From Balanoglossus misakiensis (Eukaryota > Animalia > Hemichordata): a DNA stretch of 64,000 bases. Where the stretch lies: assembly GCA_040954595.2 (NCBI GenBank), contig CM082596.2, positions 9,754,461-9,818,460 on the forward strand, given 5' to 3'. This document shows, one piece after another, positions 23,354 to 35,947 of the stretch. The position numbers and the translations under genes are program-made. Within the stretch, counting starts at the first letter, position 1; every line of letters starts with the position of its first letter. The notes under the pieces were generated by a model, which was not told where the DNA came from, ran no database searches, and worked only from the letters and a program-made list of their open reading frames with translations.

Positions 23354-24657
23354 AAAGAAGTATTTTTGTGATAAATTGCAACTGTCTGTAGCCTCTGGGA
23401 AGGACCACAAAAAATGGCAAGTCATCAATGAAATTTTGAACAAAAATTCAAAGGTTAATGCTCCACAAAAAATAAAAGATGACAAACACCCCGGGAATTT
23501 TGTTACTAAAAATATTGATATAGCTGACGCCTTTAATTCTTTTTTTTGTCAACATTGGACAAAATATAGCATCACAAATACATTGTAGCGCTATCTAGCA
23601 TCACAAATACATTGTAGCGCTAATTTCAATGATTGCCTTGGTATTCGTCATTTTCATTCTTTCTTTTTCCATCCTGTGCATTCTGGTGATATACTCAGAG
23701 AAATTAATGTATTAGATCATTGTAAAGCTGCTGGTTTTGATGATATTTATCCAAAACTTGTAAAGGAATCAGCTGATTATATTACAGAACCATTTGCTCA
23801 TATTGTTAATATTTCCTTGTCACAGGGTATTTTTCCAGAGAAACTGAAAATGGCAAGAGTAACACCAATTTTTAAAAAGGGTTGTGTTCATGATATAGGA
23901 AATTACAAACCTATCTCTGTCTTGCCAATCTTTAGTAAGCTGTACGAGTCTATTGTAAATAAGCAACTGTGTTCTTTTTTTGAAAAATTTGATATTCCCA
24001 CTAACAGCCAATATGGATTTCGTAAGAAATTTAGCACCAATTTAGCTTTAGCAGATCTCACAACTGAAAAAGCACATTGATAACGGTATCTTCATTGATT
24101 TTTAAAAGGCATTTGATACGATTAACCACACAATTTTGTTAGCTAAGCTATGCCACTATGGGATTAGGGGATCCACACTTAATTGGTTTAAGACTTATAT
24201 AGAAGACCGACAACAGTATGTCAAGGTCAATAATTATACTTCAAAAGTGAAAAGGATCTCCTGTGGGATTCCACAGGGATCAATTCTAGGTCCACTTCTT
24301 TTTCTAGTATATATAAATGATATCTGCAGGTCCTCAGACTATTTTCAATTCAGGTTATTTGAAGATGATACCAATTTATTTTGTTCAGATAAGCAGGACA
24401 AAATCGATCTTGCCACTCTGAATGTTTAGCTAACTAAAGTACAGACCTGGTGTAAGTCAAATAAACTTACTATTAATATTGACAAAACAAACTATGTTAT
24501 TTTCAAAACAGCCCAGGCAAAATTTAATCCTGAGGGGGATTTATATGTCTCTGATTTACCAATACGAAATGTTTCATCTGCTGTTTATCTTGGAGTTACT
24601 CTTGACTCATCATTATCCTGGAAGTCTCACATCAACATTATTTTTAAGAAGGTTAGC
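23354..24657 (+). mobile_element. Internal RT fragment of the same CR1/L2-group LINE as 26480-30473, more degenerate
   Basis: Matches 28444-29736 with extra stops, deletions, a small tandem duplication at about 23567-23620, and FADD changed to FEDD. Confidence 0.92.
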
Positions 24658-26479
24658 CATGATCATACATGCGTTTTTCTTTAAAAATGTCCCTAACAGT
24701 AATTTTCATCCTGACTTTCATTCTGACATAACAGTTATATGTTGAGATGACTGTCCATGATACGATGCAGGATGCAAAAATATCACACTGAAGCCATTTA
24801 CATATGACAATTACCTGGAAATAAATATTCTAAGCTTAATAGTTCAACCTCACTTGCGTTATTTGTTTCATTTTTTCTCAAATTGGTTTAAATAAATGCA
24901 TTAACGGGCATTTATTTGAATCTGGTTATTCTCTCAGAATTTTTGTTTTATGTTTCAACCACATCACACATTTTCTTGTTCTCCTGCCTGGAATTTATCC
25001 CAAAATGTCTATGAGTCAACAAGTCATGTTTACGTGTGTAGACCATTCTTACTATTAAGAAATGCATTCAAGTCCGGGCTTGAATGCATTTTTTGTCAAC
25101 AAAAACACATGCTGGTAGAGTTGAGAAGACAAATACTAATCCTGATATAGGGAGCCGAACAAGAAACCATGGTTTACACACAGAACAATAAAACTGACAA
25201 AATAGTCACAAGTTACAGATAGTTGTGCCAGTTTTATTATAGAGATTAATGACGGAAAATGCACTTTTGTCGAATAGAGTGTCTGTTTCATAGCCAGCGA
25301 CTTATGACAGTTACAAGGCCAACAAAGATGTTTTCCAGTTGCATGGAGAAGCTTCGATAAAGATTTAATAAACTAGCATCTCTGAAATCATGTACGCCTA
25401 TTTTGGGACCTCTCTGTTAGCATATAGCACAACTGCAAATTAATTGACAGAGAAATATCCATGTGTGCACATATCGTGCACTTACTGTGTTGCGATAGGC
25501 TCTGGCTACCTGAGCCTTGAAATGCATCGTCGCCCGGGCCGGTTGCGTGTTATACTCGAAATAACCATTTGCTAATTTCTAACAGCAATTACTTTTCTTG
25601 TAGATGTTCACTTAGTAAATACAGTTTAATTTTTCGTGTAATACATATACATTATTCTCTATTTCGGTATGTGGTGTTTTACAGTAAGATGATAAGATTT
25701 CTTGGGCGATGGCTAAAGTATCTTCGTCCTGTTCTTTCTTCCATTGACATTACAAATAACTTGCTGCAAGTTTATACATATGATATCCATAAGTCATGTG
25801 TCAAAATATTCTTTCCCACTTTACATGTGCACAAGTTTTCACTGTGTGAAATGTTCTGTATCCATCGAGTTACAGCAGAATCCATTTTGATGGATTCTTA
25901 CAATATACAATGGAATCCACAGAGAATCCTTCGATATCCTCTACATGGTATCCAGCATAAGAATATACAATGGATTCTCACAGTATCCACAAATCTTTGG
26001 TATTTGAGAATACATTTCAGAATCCTTTGTGGATACCGCTGGATACTGTTACCACAATGCATTGTGGTATTACTGTCTAACAGTAAGAGCGGGAATCCAT
26101 CATTCAAACCATTGGATTCTGTTGCCATTATGCATTTTGGGTTTCAAAGGCGAAGTTGAGCATAGCAACATGGAAGGGTCACCAACAAAATTTTAAAAAT
26201 CTTAAAAGTTTGAAACATTGTATTTTTCACATAACTGACTAATTACTCGGGCTTCATGCTAATGGTTGCGATGTCTAAGCTAAAGTGGACGTTCAGCACT
26301 AATATGCAATTTGAACTGAGATTAAGCCATGATTTCTCTCTAAGTAGTAATTGATTTAAACATTTAAATTCTCTGTGCTCTTGGTTCAGTCCTGGACTCT
26401 ACCGCTTTGGTGTGTTACAACGCATATTGTTTAATTTTGTATGCTTGGTCGAGAAATGCACAATAGCTTGGTTAAATTG

Positions 26480-29400
26480 AGAGGTAGGTGTATCTTGAAA
26501 TAAGAGGCATACCAGAATTGCCAAATGAAAATACTGATACAGTAGCCCTGAAAGTCATCCAACTCATAGAAAAAGACATAACCAGTTCAGATATTGACGT
26601 GTCACATCGAATCAAGAAACGTCAAGCACTCGGCAATGAACACATTGACCACGGTACCAATACCCGGTTTCCTGCCGCAATCATTGTGCGTTTCACCAGA
26701 AGAAAAATTCATGACGCGGTCTACAAGCAACGCAAAAATATGTCTCGCTTCAAAACATCGGACATTGGCTACCAAGTAGAAAACAAGATATACATCAACG
26801 AAAATCTGACACCAGGACGAAGATCTTTATTCACAAAGGTAAATGCCAGAAGAAAAGAATATGGATGGAAATACTTGTGGACGCAATACGGAAAAATCCT
26901 GAAAAAGAAAGTCGACGGGTCACCAACTGTCTACATTCCGAATGAGGAAAGTCTCGCCAAAATCTGCTAGGCGTCCTTTAACTACTACATCATAGTGTAC
27001 AAGCAAACTCATCATCGGCGAAACCACAGACCACTTCTTGCAAAGTAACTATAATTGTAAGTCTTATACTTTGGACGAATTTAATGCAAACGATTCCCTT
27101 CTGACTCTGCAGTCATTTTCAACTCTTCATTTGAATATTAGATCGATCAGACGTCACTTTGATGACTTGTCAGTTGTTCTGTCGCTATTGAAATGCAAAT
27201 TTTCTGTCATTGCCCTCAGTGAAACATGGCTAGACCCAGGTGTTGATGCATCATTATATAACCTCCCTTCATACAACTTTGTTCATAAATGTAGAGCTGT
27301 TTCCAGAGGAGGAGGTGTTGGTCTCTATTTACACGAGTCGTTATCATACTCTATAATAGACTCAGTTGTTCTCCAACATTGCGAATGTCTTTTTGTTGAA
27401 ATCCTACTTGAAAAAAGCAAGGTCATCATAGGTGTCATATATCGCAGACCAAATACACCTACTCAGGAATTTTTAACCAGTTTATCAGATTGTCTTGATA
27501 ATCTACGCATTACCAACAAAAAATGCGTTTTACTAGGGGATTTCAATATAAATATAGATGGCGATAACACTGTCTTTAATGAATATATCGCTACTCTTAG
27601 TGGTAATAATTTTTATCAAATCATGGATGTACCGACCAGAATAACTACTCACACCTCCACATTAATAGATCATTGTCATGTAAATTTTCGTGACCAGTTC
27701 ATTGAAAGTGAGACAGTATACACATGATGACTGACTATGAGGGCAACAGTGTATTTTGATGACCGAGGGTGCTGCTAGTCACAACTAAAACAGTCTTGTT
27801 TTCCCGAGGGCATAGCCCGAGGGAAACAGACTGTTTTGGTGTGACTGGCAGTCCCGAGGTCATTAAAAATACACTGTTGCCCGAATATGTCAGTCATCAT
27901 GTGTTTTATAACACACCAAACCGATCGAACTGATGCCCTAGGCAACAGTTCGAAATGACTAATGTCACGTGACGTCGTATTGACGAATCACGATCGAGGG
28001 TTCGCTGCATGGTGTGTTATAATACAGACTGATATAAGTGACCATTATCCCATCTTTGCCATCTTTAAGGATTTACGCCATGTATTCAATGTTGAAACAA
28101 CTGATTTCAAGTGTGATTTTTCTTTATTTGATCCAGTTTCTTATAAAAATGACTTTGCAAATATTTCTTGGCAGGATGTTTACGACTCTAATGATCCGAA
28201 TGTTGCCTATAATACCTTTTACAAATTGTTTCATGATATGGCAACAAGACACGTGCCAGTCAAACGGTGTTCAAACCAGCGTAAGCGCTTACGGAAACCA
28301 TGGATCACAAAAGGACTTCTGGTCTCAATTAAAAACAAGCATAAGATGTTCTCCAAAACAAAACGCCATTCTGCAAGCTCATCTATTCATCAAGAGTACA
28401 AACTTTATCGCAACCTGTTAACAAAGCTGATGCGACGAGCAAAAAAGAAGTATTTTTGTGATAAATTGCAACTGTCTGTAGCCTCTGGGAAGGACCACAA
28501 AAAATGGCAAGTCATCAATGAAATCCTGAACAAAAATTCAAAGGTTAATGCTCCACAAAAAATAAAAGATGACAAAACCCTGGGAATTTTGTTACTAAAA
28601 ATATTGATATAGCTGACGCTTTTAATTCTTTTTTTGTCAACATTGGACAAAATCTAGCATCACAAATACATTGTAGCACTAATTTCAATGATTACCTTGG
28701 TATTCGTCATTTTAATTCGTTCTTTTTCCATCCTGTGCATTCTGGTGATATACTCAGAGAAATTAATTTATTAGACCATTGTAAAGCTGCTGGTTTTGAT
28801 GAAATATATCCAAAACTTGTAAAGGAAGCAGCTGATTATATTACAGAACCATTTGCTCATATTGTTAATATTTCCTTGCCACAGGGTATTTTTCCAGAGA
28901 AACTGAAAATGGCAAGAGTAACACCAATTTTTAAAAAGGGTTGTGTTCATGAAATAGGAAATTACAGACCTATCTCTGTCTTGCCAATCTTTAGTAAGCT
29001 GTATGAGTCTATTGTAAATAAGCAACTGTGTTCTTTTTTCGAAAAATTTGATATTCTCACTAACAGCCAATATGGATTTCGTAAGAAATATAGTACTAAG
29101 TTAGCTTTAGCAGATCTCACAACTGAAATATCAAAGCACATTGATAACGGTCTTGTTACCTTTGGTATCTTTATTGATTTTAAAAAGGCATTTGATACGA
29201 TTAACCACACAATTTTGTTAGCTAAGCTATGCCACTATGGGATTAGGGGATCCACACTTAATTGGTTTAAGACTTATATAGAAGACCGGCAGCAGTATGT
29301 CAAGGTCAATAATTGTACTTCAAAAGCGAAAAGGATCTCCTGTGGGATTCCACAGGGATCAATTCTAGGTCCACTTCTTTTTTTAGTATATATAAATGAT

Positions 29401-30473
29401 ATCTGCAGTTCCTCAGACTATTTTCAATTCAGGTTATTTGCTGACGATACCAATTTATTTTGTTCAGATAAGCAGGACAAAATCGATCTTGCCACTCTGA
29501 ATGTTGAGCTAACTAAAGTACAGACCTGGTGTAAGTCAAATAAACTTACTATTAATATTGACAAAACAAACTATGTTATTTTCAAAACAGCCCAGGCGAA
29601 GTTTAAGCCTGAGGGGGATTTATATGTCTCTGATTTACCAATACATAATGTTTCATCTGCTGTTTATCTTGGAGTTACTCTTGACTCATCATTATCCTGG
29701 AAGTCTCACATCAACATTATTTTTAAGAAGGTTAGCTAAAAAATCGGTATTATTTCATATGTACGCCATTATCTCCCTAAGTCTATAATTTTATTATTAT
29801 ACAATTGTCTTATCCTTCCCCATATAATGTATTGTAGCGAAATATGGGGAAATGCGTATAAAACCTATTTAGATTGTATTTTCAAATTGCAAAAGAGACT
29901 TGTAAGACTTATAACATTTTCTAGCCCCAATACACATAGTGCACCACTTTTTCAGCAACTTGGAATTCTTAATGTTTACAAACTCTGTAAATTTCAAACG
30001 TGTGTTTTTGCGTATGATCTAAAGGCAGGGCATTACGCCCACTCACTAGATCGCTATGCTTCATTTGTATCACACAAATATTTTACAAGATTTGCCTCTA
30101 CTGATAAGTTTACGCTTCCCAAAGTAAAACTTACTTCATCTCAAAATAATTTATACTATTCTATTGCCAAGCATTGGAATGAAATTCCTACACAAATAAA
30201 ATCAATTCAATCAAGGAATTTATTTAAAACCTCTCTGAAAATGTTTCTGTTGAGCATAGATTAATTTAACCTCTTTTATAAACCTGTTTACTTTGTCACC
30301 GCGTTGTTTGACTACCAACTATTGTTTTGTGATATGAATTGGCAATTATATTAATTGTTTCAATGATTTGTATGTATTTAGGGCCAGGGACACGACTAGT
30401 TCCACTAGAACTACTTCCCTGGTCCGCACCAGTTATGTAAAATGCATCTTTCTGGTGAAATAAACTATCTATC
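26480..30473 (+). mobile_element. CR1/L2-group LINE, 5'-truncated within ORF1; ORF2 (APE + RT) disabled
   Basis: ORF1 tail 26488..26970 (LEIRGIPE, IIVRF, IYINENLT). APE: HLNIRS, LSETWL, GGGVGLY, GDFNI, PTR..TLIDH, SDH. RT: NYRPIS, QYGFR, DFKKAFD, GIPQGSILGP, FADDT, YLG. Frameshift at about 28570-28635, stop at 29737-29739, 3' end AATAAA-ctatctatc. Confidence 0.95.
27718..28021. mobile_element. Hairpin-type non-autonomous element inserted in the LINE endonuclease domain
   Basis: Splits ..IESETV | IQTDISDH... A long palindrome (27721-27903) is followed by a second inverted pair TTATAACACACCA...TGGTGTGTTATAA. No clear TSD. Confidence 0.85.
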
Positions 30474-30854
30474 ATCAACATCATCTGTGGCACAACGCAT
30501 CAAGTCGCACCAGCTCAGGACAGCCGTTCAATTATCCAATGCTTGCCAGGAGTTATAACAAGGTAATATATGTAACATTTTTTCCTGCTAAAGTATGCTC
30601 TAGCCTCAACTGGTTGAATGCTTGTGTGGTAAAACAACCGTCTCATCAGAAAAACAAAACAACTTCGAGGAATTTTCTGTTCTCTAGAACTTATCAGATT
30701 TACTTTACCAATGTAATACTGTGATCATAGAATTCTCGACCAGTTGTATCCGCCTGTCAAAAATGTATTGAAATGCATGAAGTGACTAGAGCCATGGAAC
30801 ATGAGACCTCCATCAGAACAAAAGTCAATTCCACATAAATGTAGTTCCAGGTGT

Positions 30855-30935
30855 AAAAGGCATGTCCAGTTGAAGGTGCTAAAAGGCATGTCCAGTTGGA
30901 GGTGCTAAAAGGCATGACCAGTTGGAGGTGCTAAA
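30855..30935. repeat. 26-bp minisatellite, 3 copies
   Basis: aaaaggcatgtccagttggaggtgct repeated. Confidence 0.85.
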
Positions 30936-32135
30936 GCATTGCATAATAACAAAAGGTAATCATTATGTATGTTTATTTGTTTCCCCACGGGAATGAGTCA
31001 TCTGGAAGGAGTACAAACTCAAGCACAGAAGTTCATCCAAAGTCAGGAATTTATTATTGAAGCATTCAACTGTGAAAGTTCAAAAGCAGACAGGCGTTTG
31101 CCATCACCACAATTACAACTCAGAAACAATGGCCCCGGCCCAGAATACATTATGAATCAAGGAACCTAGTGTAACACGAACATAATTGCAAACACAAACA
31201 TATACATTTCTTAATAAAAAAGATAAAACATGAATTAAAATTACTACATCCCAAATAGGTCCCATTGTACTCCTAATCGAAATAAAACAGTAAATGGAAT
31301 AAAAGTTCTGAATTTACACATTCCGTGTCCAATGCAAAACAGCATGACTAGAGCATGCTTGAACAAAATTCCGATCGTATATCTCAATTATTATAGTGGC
31401 TTTCTTTCTAAAACTAAAGGCAGCAAATATCGGTGATATTTAATGCCATTTTCTAGCTGCAAGGTCACATGGGAAATTTTGAGGGAATGGGCGTAACCCC
31501 ACGATTATTACTCTCATGCAGAATCCATCAAAATCAAGCAAAGGATTTCTCTGGGAACTGTTACAGAGAATCCACTGAAATACTGTAAAGGATTCTATTG
31601 TGGATTCTGAAAGTGTTCCATATTTGACAGAATCCACTATTGGATTATATGTGGATTCTCTGAGTATCCACGATGGATATCTCAGGATTCTACTGGATTC
31701 TGTAAGAATCCACGAAAGAATCCACAACAATCCTTGGTGGATTCAGGCTATTTCACACAGTGTTTGATGGTGTATTTAATATTAAGGCCCATTGAGGTGA
31801 ATTTTGCACAGCAGTCTCCAGTCCAAAATACATAAATACATAAATGAACCTCTTATAACAGTTGTCGTCATTTCCAGAACAGTGTTGCTTTTGATGTGAA
31901 ATGTCAGTTGTTACAATTAAAAGTTCTCATTGAACATTGTGTTGGAATAAGTTGAGATAGGAATAAGCTTAACATAACACTGCTCTTAGTCAAAAATCGT
32001 CACCTTCCTAGCATGCAACATTGTGTCGCCTACCTTGTCAAGTGATTTGAAGGTAAGACCACAATCAGTTAAAAATGCAGAAGTTTGATAAAATAAAATG
32101 ACCACAAGTTTGACAAATTTCATTACACTATCACG

Positions 32136-33315
32136 TTTTTAGGTCCCATTGGTATGTACCATGGGACCTTATGGGATTGATTGCGTCTGTATGTATGGAT
32201 GGATGTATGGATGGATGTATGTCTGTATGTCCGTCCACATCAACAACTTGAAAACCACAGCGCGTATGACCTTGATATTTGGTGTGTAGATGCAGGCAGG
32301 GCTGTAGATGGGAGTTTGTTCAAATGAAGTTGTCATTGCCAAAAATATGCAAATTAGCTGGGAAAATGTGACAAAACTCGGTAACTCAACAACCACTGGT
32401 CATATTGATTTGAAAATTGGTATGCATGTACCTTATATCAACCTCATACAGTCCTGTATGTTTTGAGCTAATATTATCGATTTCCTATTTTTTATGCATT
32501 TTTTTTTATTTTTCCATGTTATTCAATAAAAAGTCTTCATTTCTCAAAGTGATGGGCTTACTTCTTTGAAATTTAGTATGAAGCTTCCTAATGATTGTCT
32601 GAGTAACCATAGTTTTGTTCAAATTGTTGCAAAATTTGCATATTTATTATTTTGAGCAATATTTGCCATATTTGGTCAATTTTTTTTTTCCTTAAAACCG
32701 CATGCCAGATGGCTTTGCAATTTGGTAGGCATGTTCGTAGGGGTAACCTAAGTAATATGCTGTAAAAAAAATTTATATCTGCATAAATGTGTTATCGGGG
32801 AAACTTTTGCAATTTTTGTCAAAATTTTTTTTGTCTGAAACTGCTTGTCATATTGCATTGAACTTTGGCAGCATGTTCCTTGTAGTGATTGAAGTAAGAT
32901 TTGCAAAATTTTGGTGATATTTGCATATTTGTGTTTTTGCCACTTTTGAACAAATATTTTCTGTGAAACTGCTTGTTGGATTGCTTTGAAATTAGTTTTT
33001 TCTCTGATTGCTTTGAAATTTAGGATATAATTTCATAACACATGTATCTGTTCCAGGGCTGACTGAAAGAAGTTGCTTCTCATTTGTGTTTGTACAGACA
33101 ATTTTTGGTCATTTTTTTTTCTAGCATCAGTTGTAAGACTGCCATGACACATGACAGTTTATTGGGCATGTTCCTTATTAATTTTTTTACATTCCATATT
33201 TCTATATGGTAAGATCATATCTGATAGCAATGTCACCTGTAATTTTTATCTGGTGTGTCACTGTTTCCGCATAATCCTCAAATGGGACCACAGTGTCCTT
33301 GACGCTATTTTTTTT
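32136..33315 (+). mobile_element. Helentron-associated non-autonomous element (HINE/DINE-like)
   Basis: T-run + AGGTCCCAT..ATGGGACCT inverted repeat, (GTAT/GGAT)n microsatellite, and 3' ATGGGACC..gtccttgacgcta + T-run. Both ends match 55564-58100 in reverse. Confidence 0.75.
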
Positions 33316-35796
33316 CATTTTGATGCTTGAAATGAGGTAAAATCTGTTGTTGAGATTAGCATTCCAATGGCGCTTGGGTGAAGACGTTTGCTGGTGAAGC
33401 TGCGCCACCTAAGTCTAATTTGCAAGTCTTTCTACCCGCTTTCTCAGCCGTTACCCCTTCTAGTAGTTTCATAATTTTATTGGTATTTTAAAAATGTTTT
33501 CCTGTTTTTTTTGTTTACTTTTTTATTTATTTTTTTACTTTTTGTTGATTGTAATGCTGTATGGCGTACCAGTCATTTCAGTACTTTTACTATTTTATTA
33601 CCATTACGAATAGTCAGAATACAGGGATGACGCCGTTATGGCGTTAGCCATTCACAATATATGTGACAGCTGGGTTGACATAGCTATATAAAGTGCTGTA
33701 GACACAGTGACGTGACAGAGCCTGAAATGTATGCCTGTCCTATCACTGCATGTATAGGATCGTGGACATGGGTTTGAATACAGAACTGTAATATAGTCTG
33801 AATGATTTTTTTCTCTCCAATATACACACAATTCTGCCTGTAGAGGCTACATTGGCCCAATTTTCTAAAATATATCTCTTGAAATACAATATCTACTCAA
33901 CATGTCATGATTTACTGTATACTTGTTCGAGCGGTATCCTTATGACAGTCACACCTAGGCGACTCCACTGAAGTCTCTGGATAATAAGCGGACACGCGAA
34001 CATGCATTAAATACACGTAAACTCCTCGACTGTGATTTACACGAAAAGCCGAAACGGCGGAGGGAATCACCATCAATCACCCAACACTCACGCAGGGCAG
34101 CGATCTGCAGTAGAAAAAATAATGCCAATCGGCATGGCAAAGTAACACTTAAAATTTACATGTCCATACATTTATGAGACGCATGTGCTGAATGGTACTG
34201 TGTCCCGGAAGCTTGAATTGCCTGATTAATAATTAAAACATGCAAATATACCACAGCCTCTTATGGCAATTCAGAAACTATCGCTCTAAAAGGACCATGG
34301 TTGCGACAATATTTGCCAAAAAGCTGTATAAACTGTAGCTCATGATAATTCCTGACTTTAACGCGATCTGGTAGAAAAGTGTTTGCTTGTTTGTTACTTG
34401 ATTGTGGTGGAGTGTTATTTATTTGCTAGCGACTAAACAAACATTCTGAGCTATAAATTAAGTGTGTTGAGTGGTTTCTGTCAAAGTCTATACCCGTAAA
34501 GCCAATATAACAAACAGTATTTAATCTTTTAGACTCATAGTAAATTGCTTCTGATATGTACCTGTACATATCAAGCTGAACAGACAGCATGTCAATAAAC
34601 TTCAAACTAAACCATCAGAATATCAAAAACAACAATACCTAGGGAATAGTCACAGAAACCTAATTAATGGAAGGTCAAACTTATGACTTTTATAGTGGTC
34701 TTGTGTGGACAGGGATGTCATTTACACTTCTTTACTTAGTACATGAGTGAGTGTGAACACGCTGATATTAATAACAATTCAATCGATGTTGGCTAATAGG
34801 AACAATAGTAAACGTTTAAGTTTTAATACAATAAGTATGAATTAACTTGAGCGGTGCTGATAACAATTACACACTGGAGGCTGGTACACATGGAGTCTCA
34901 CTGACTCCAACATGTAATCAGATACAGGTGAAGGCCATTCTCTATAAGAGCAATAAAATATCTGACAGTTTTATGACAGCTGGTCAATATTTGCCTTAAA
35001 ATGTTTGCCAACGTGGTTCTTATATACTCCCTTTCTTATCAGTACGTGTGTGGTGGGTCATGTGTCAATTGCCCTTGCATAAAATCTCAAGAGATGCCAC
35101 TTTTGCATTATTTTCATGATTTTATTTTACAACTTAGATTGGTCTATCTTAATATGTCATAATGTCATACAACAACAGCAAGGGACTCTTTTTGGAACTG
35201 TCTTTTCGACAAAATGAGCATTACTGTTTCTACAACACTTTACAACTCAAATGATCTTGCCTTCATTGCTAATATTTTAGGAGATAGAATTTACATGGTT
35301 GACTACCAGGAGTCTGGTGAACAAGCAACTCTTCAAGAAAGTGTGCTGGACCTTGTACAAATATGCCTTGCGAACTGAATTTAGTACCGTGAAATGCTTC
35401 TTGTCGGAAGCCATCTTATATAATTTAGTATAGTAGTACCTCTGTAATTTAATGTGTTGATGTAACTCTTCTCATTTCGAGGAGGAATAAAGGAACAACA
35501 ACAACAACAAAAACAACTCCAAACAGCATGCTAATATACCCTTACTTCACTTGTCAACATTGCCTGTGGGTGTGTAATGCTATCACAGATTTTACTACTT
35601 TTACAAGCAAATATGCAACTTGTCTTCAAAATATGTGTTTATTGAATATATTTATTTATTTATTTAGAGTCAAATGTTTTTGGTGACATTTGAATATTTA
35701 GTGGAAGGTATTTTATACATAAATTGTGGGTTCCAACATATTGTTGGGAGTAGCACAAGAAACTTCAGTGGCCACATAGAATTAATTTTCAACCTT

Positions 35797-35947
35797 CAGT
35801 AAAACCTGTCAAAACCAAACCCTGTCTAATCTTGAAACCTGTCTATACTGAACACCGTTTCAGTCCCTTCGACATAGAATCACATATTAAAAGAACCTTT
35901 ACAATTTCTTCAGTGCCTTCAGTGTTCTGTTCAGACAGGTTTTACTG
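35797..35947. mobile_element. Tc1/mariner-type MITE (CAGTAAAACCTGTC TIR)
   Basis: cagtaaaacctgtc...gacaggttttactg-TA. A relative lies at 43376-43545. Confidence 0.7.

Larger units (their letters stand above)
25840..31762. mobile_element. Non-autonomous CACTA/EnSpm-like DNA transposon hosting a LINE
   Basis: Perfect 13-bp TIR CACTGTGTGAAAT...ATTTCACACAGTG with TT on both flanks, and dense GAATCC/GGATTC subterminal repeats at 25860-26120 and 31520-31745. Confidence 0.75.

Noticed and set aside
25569-26159. 196-aa ORF
   Set aside because: Crosses the transposon boundary and consists of subterminal GAATCC repeats.
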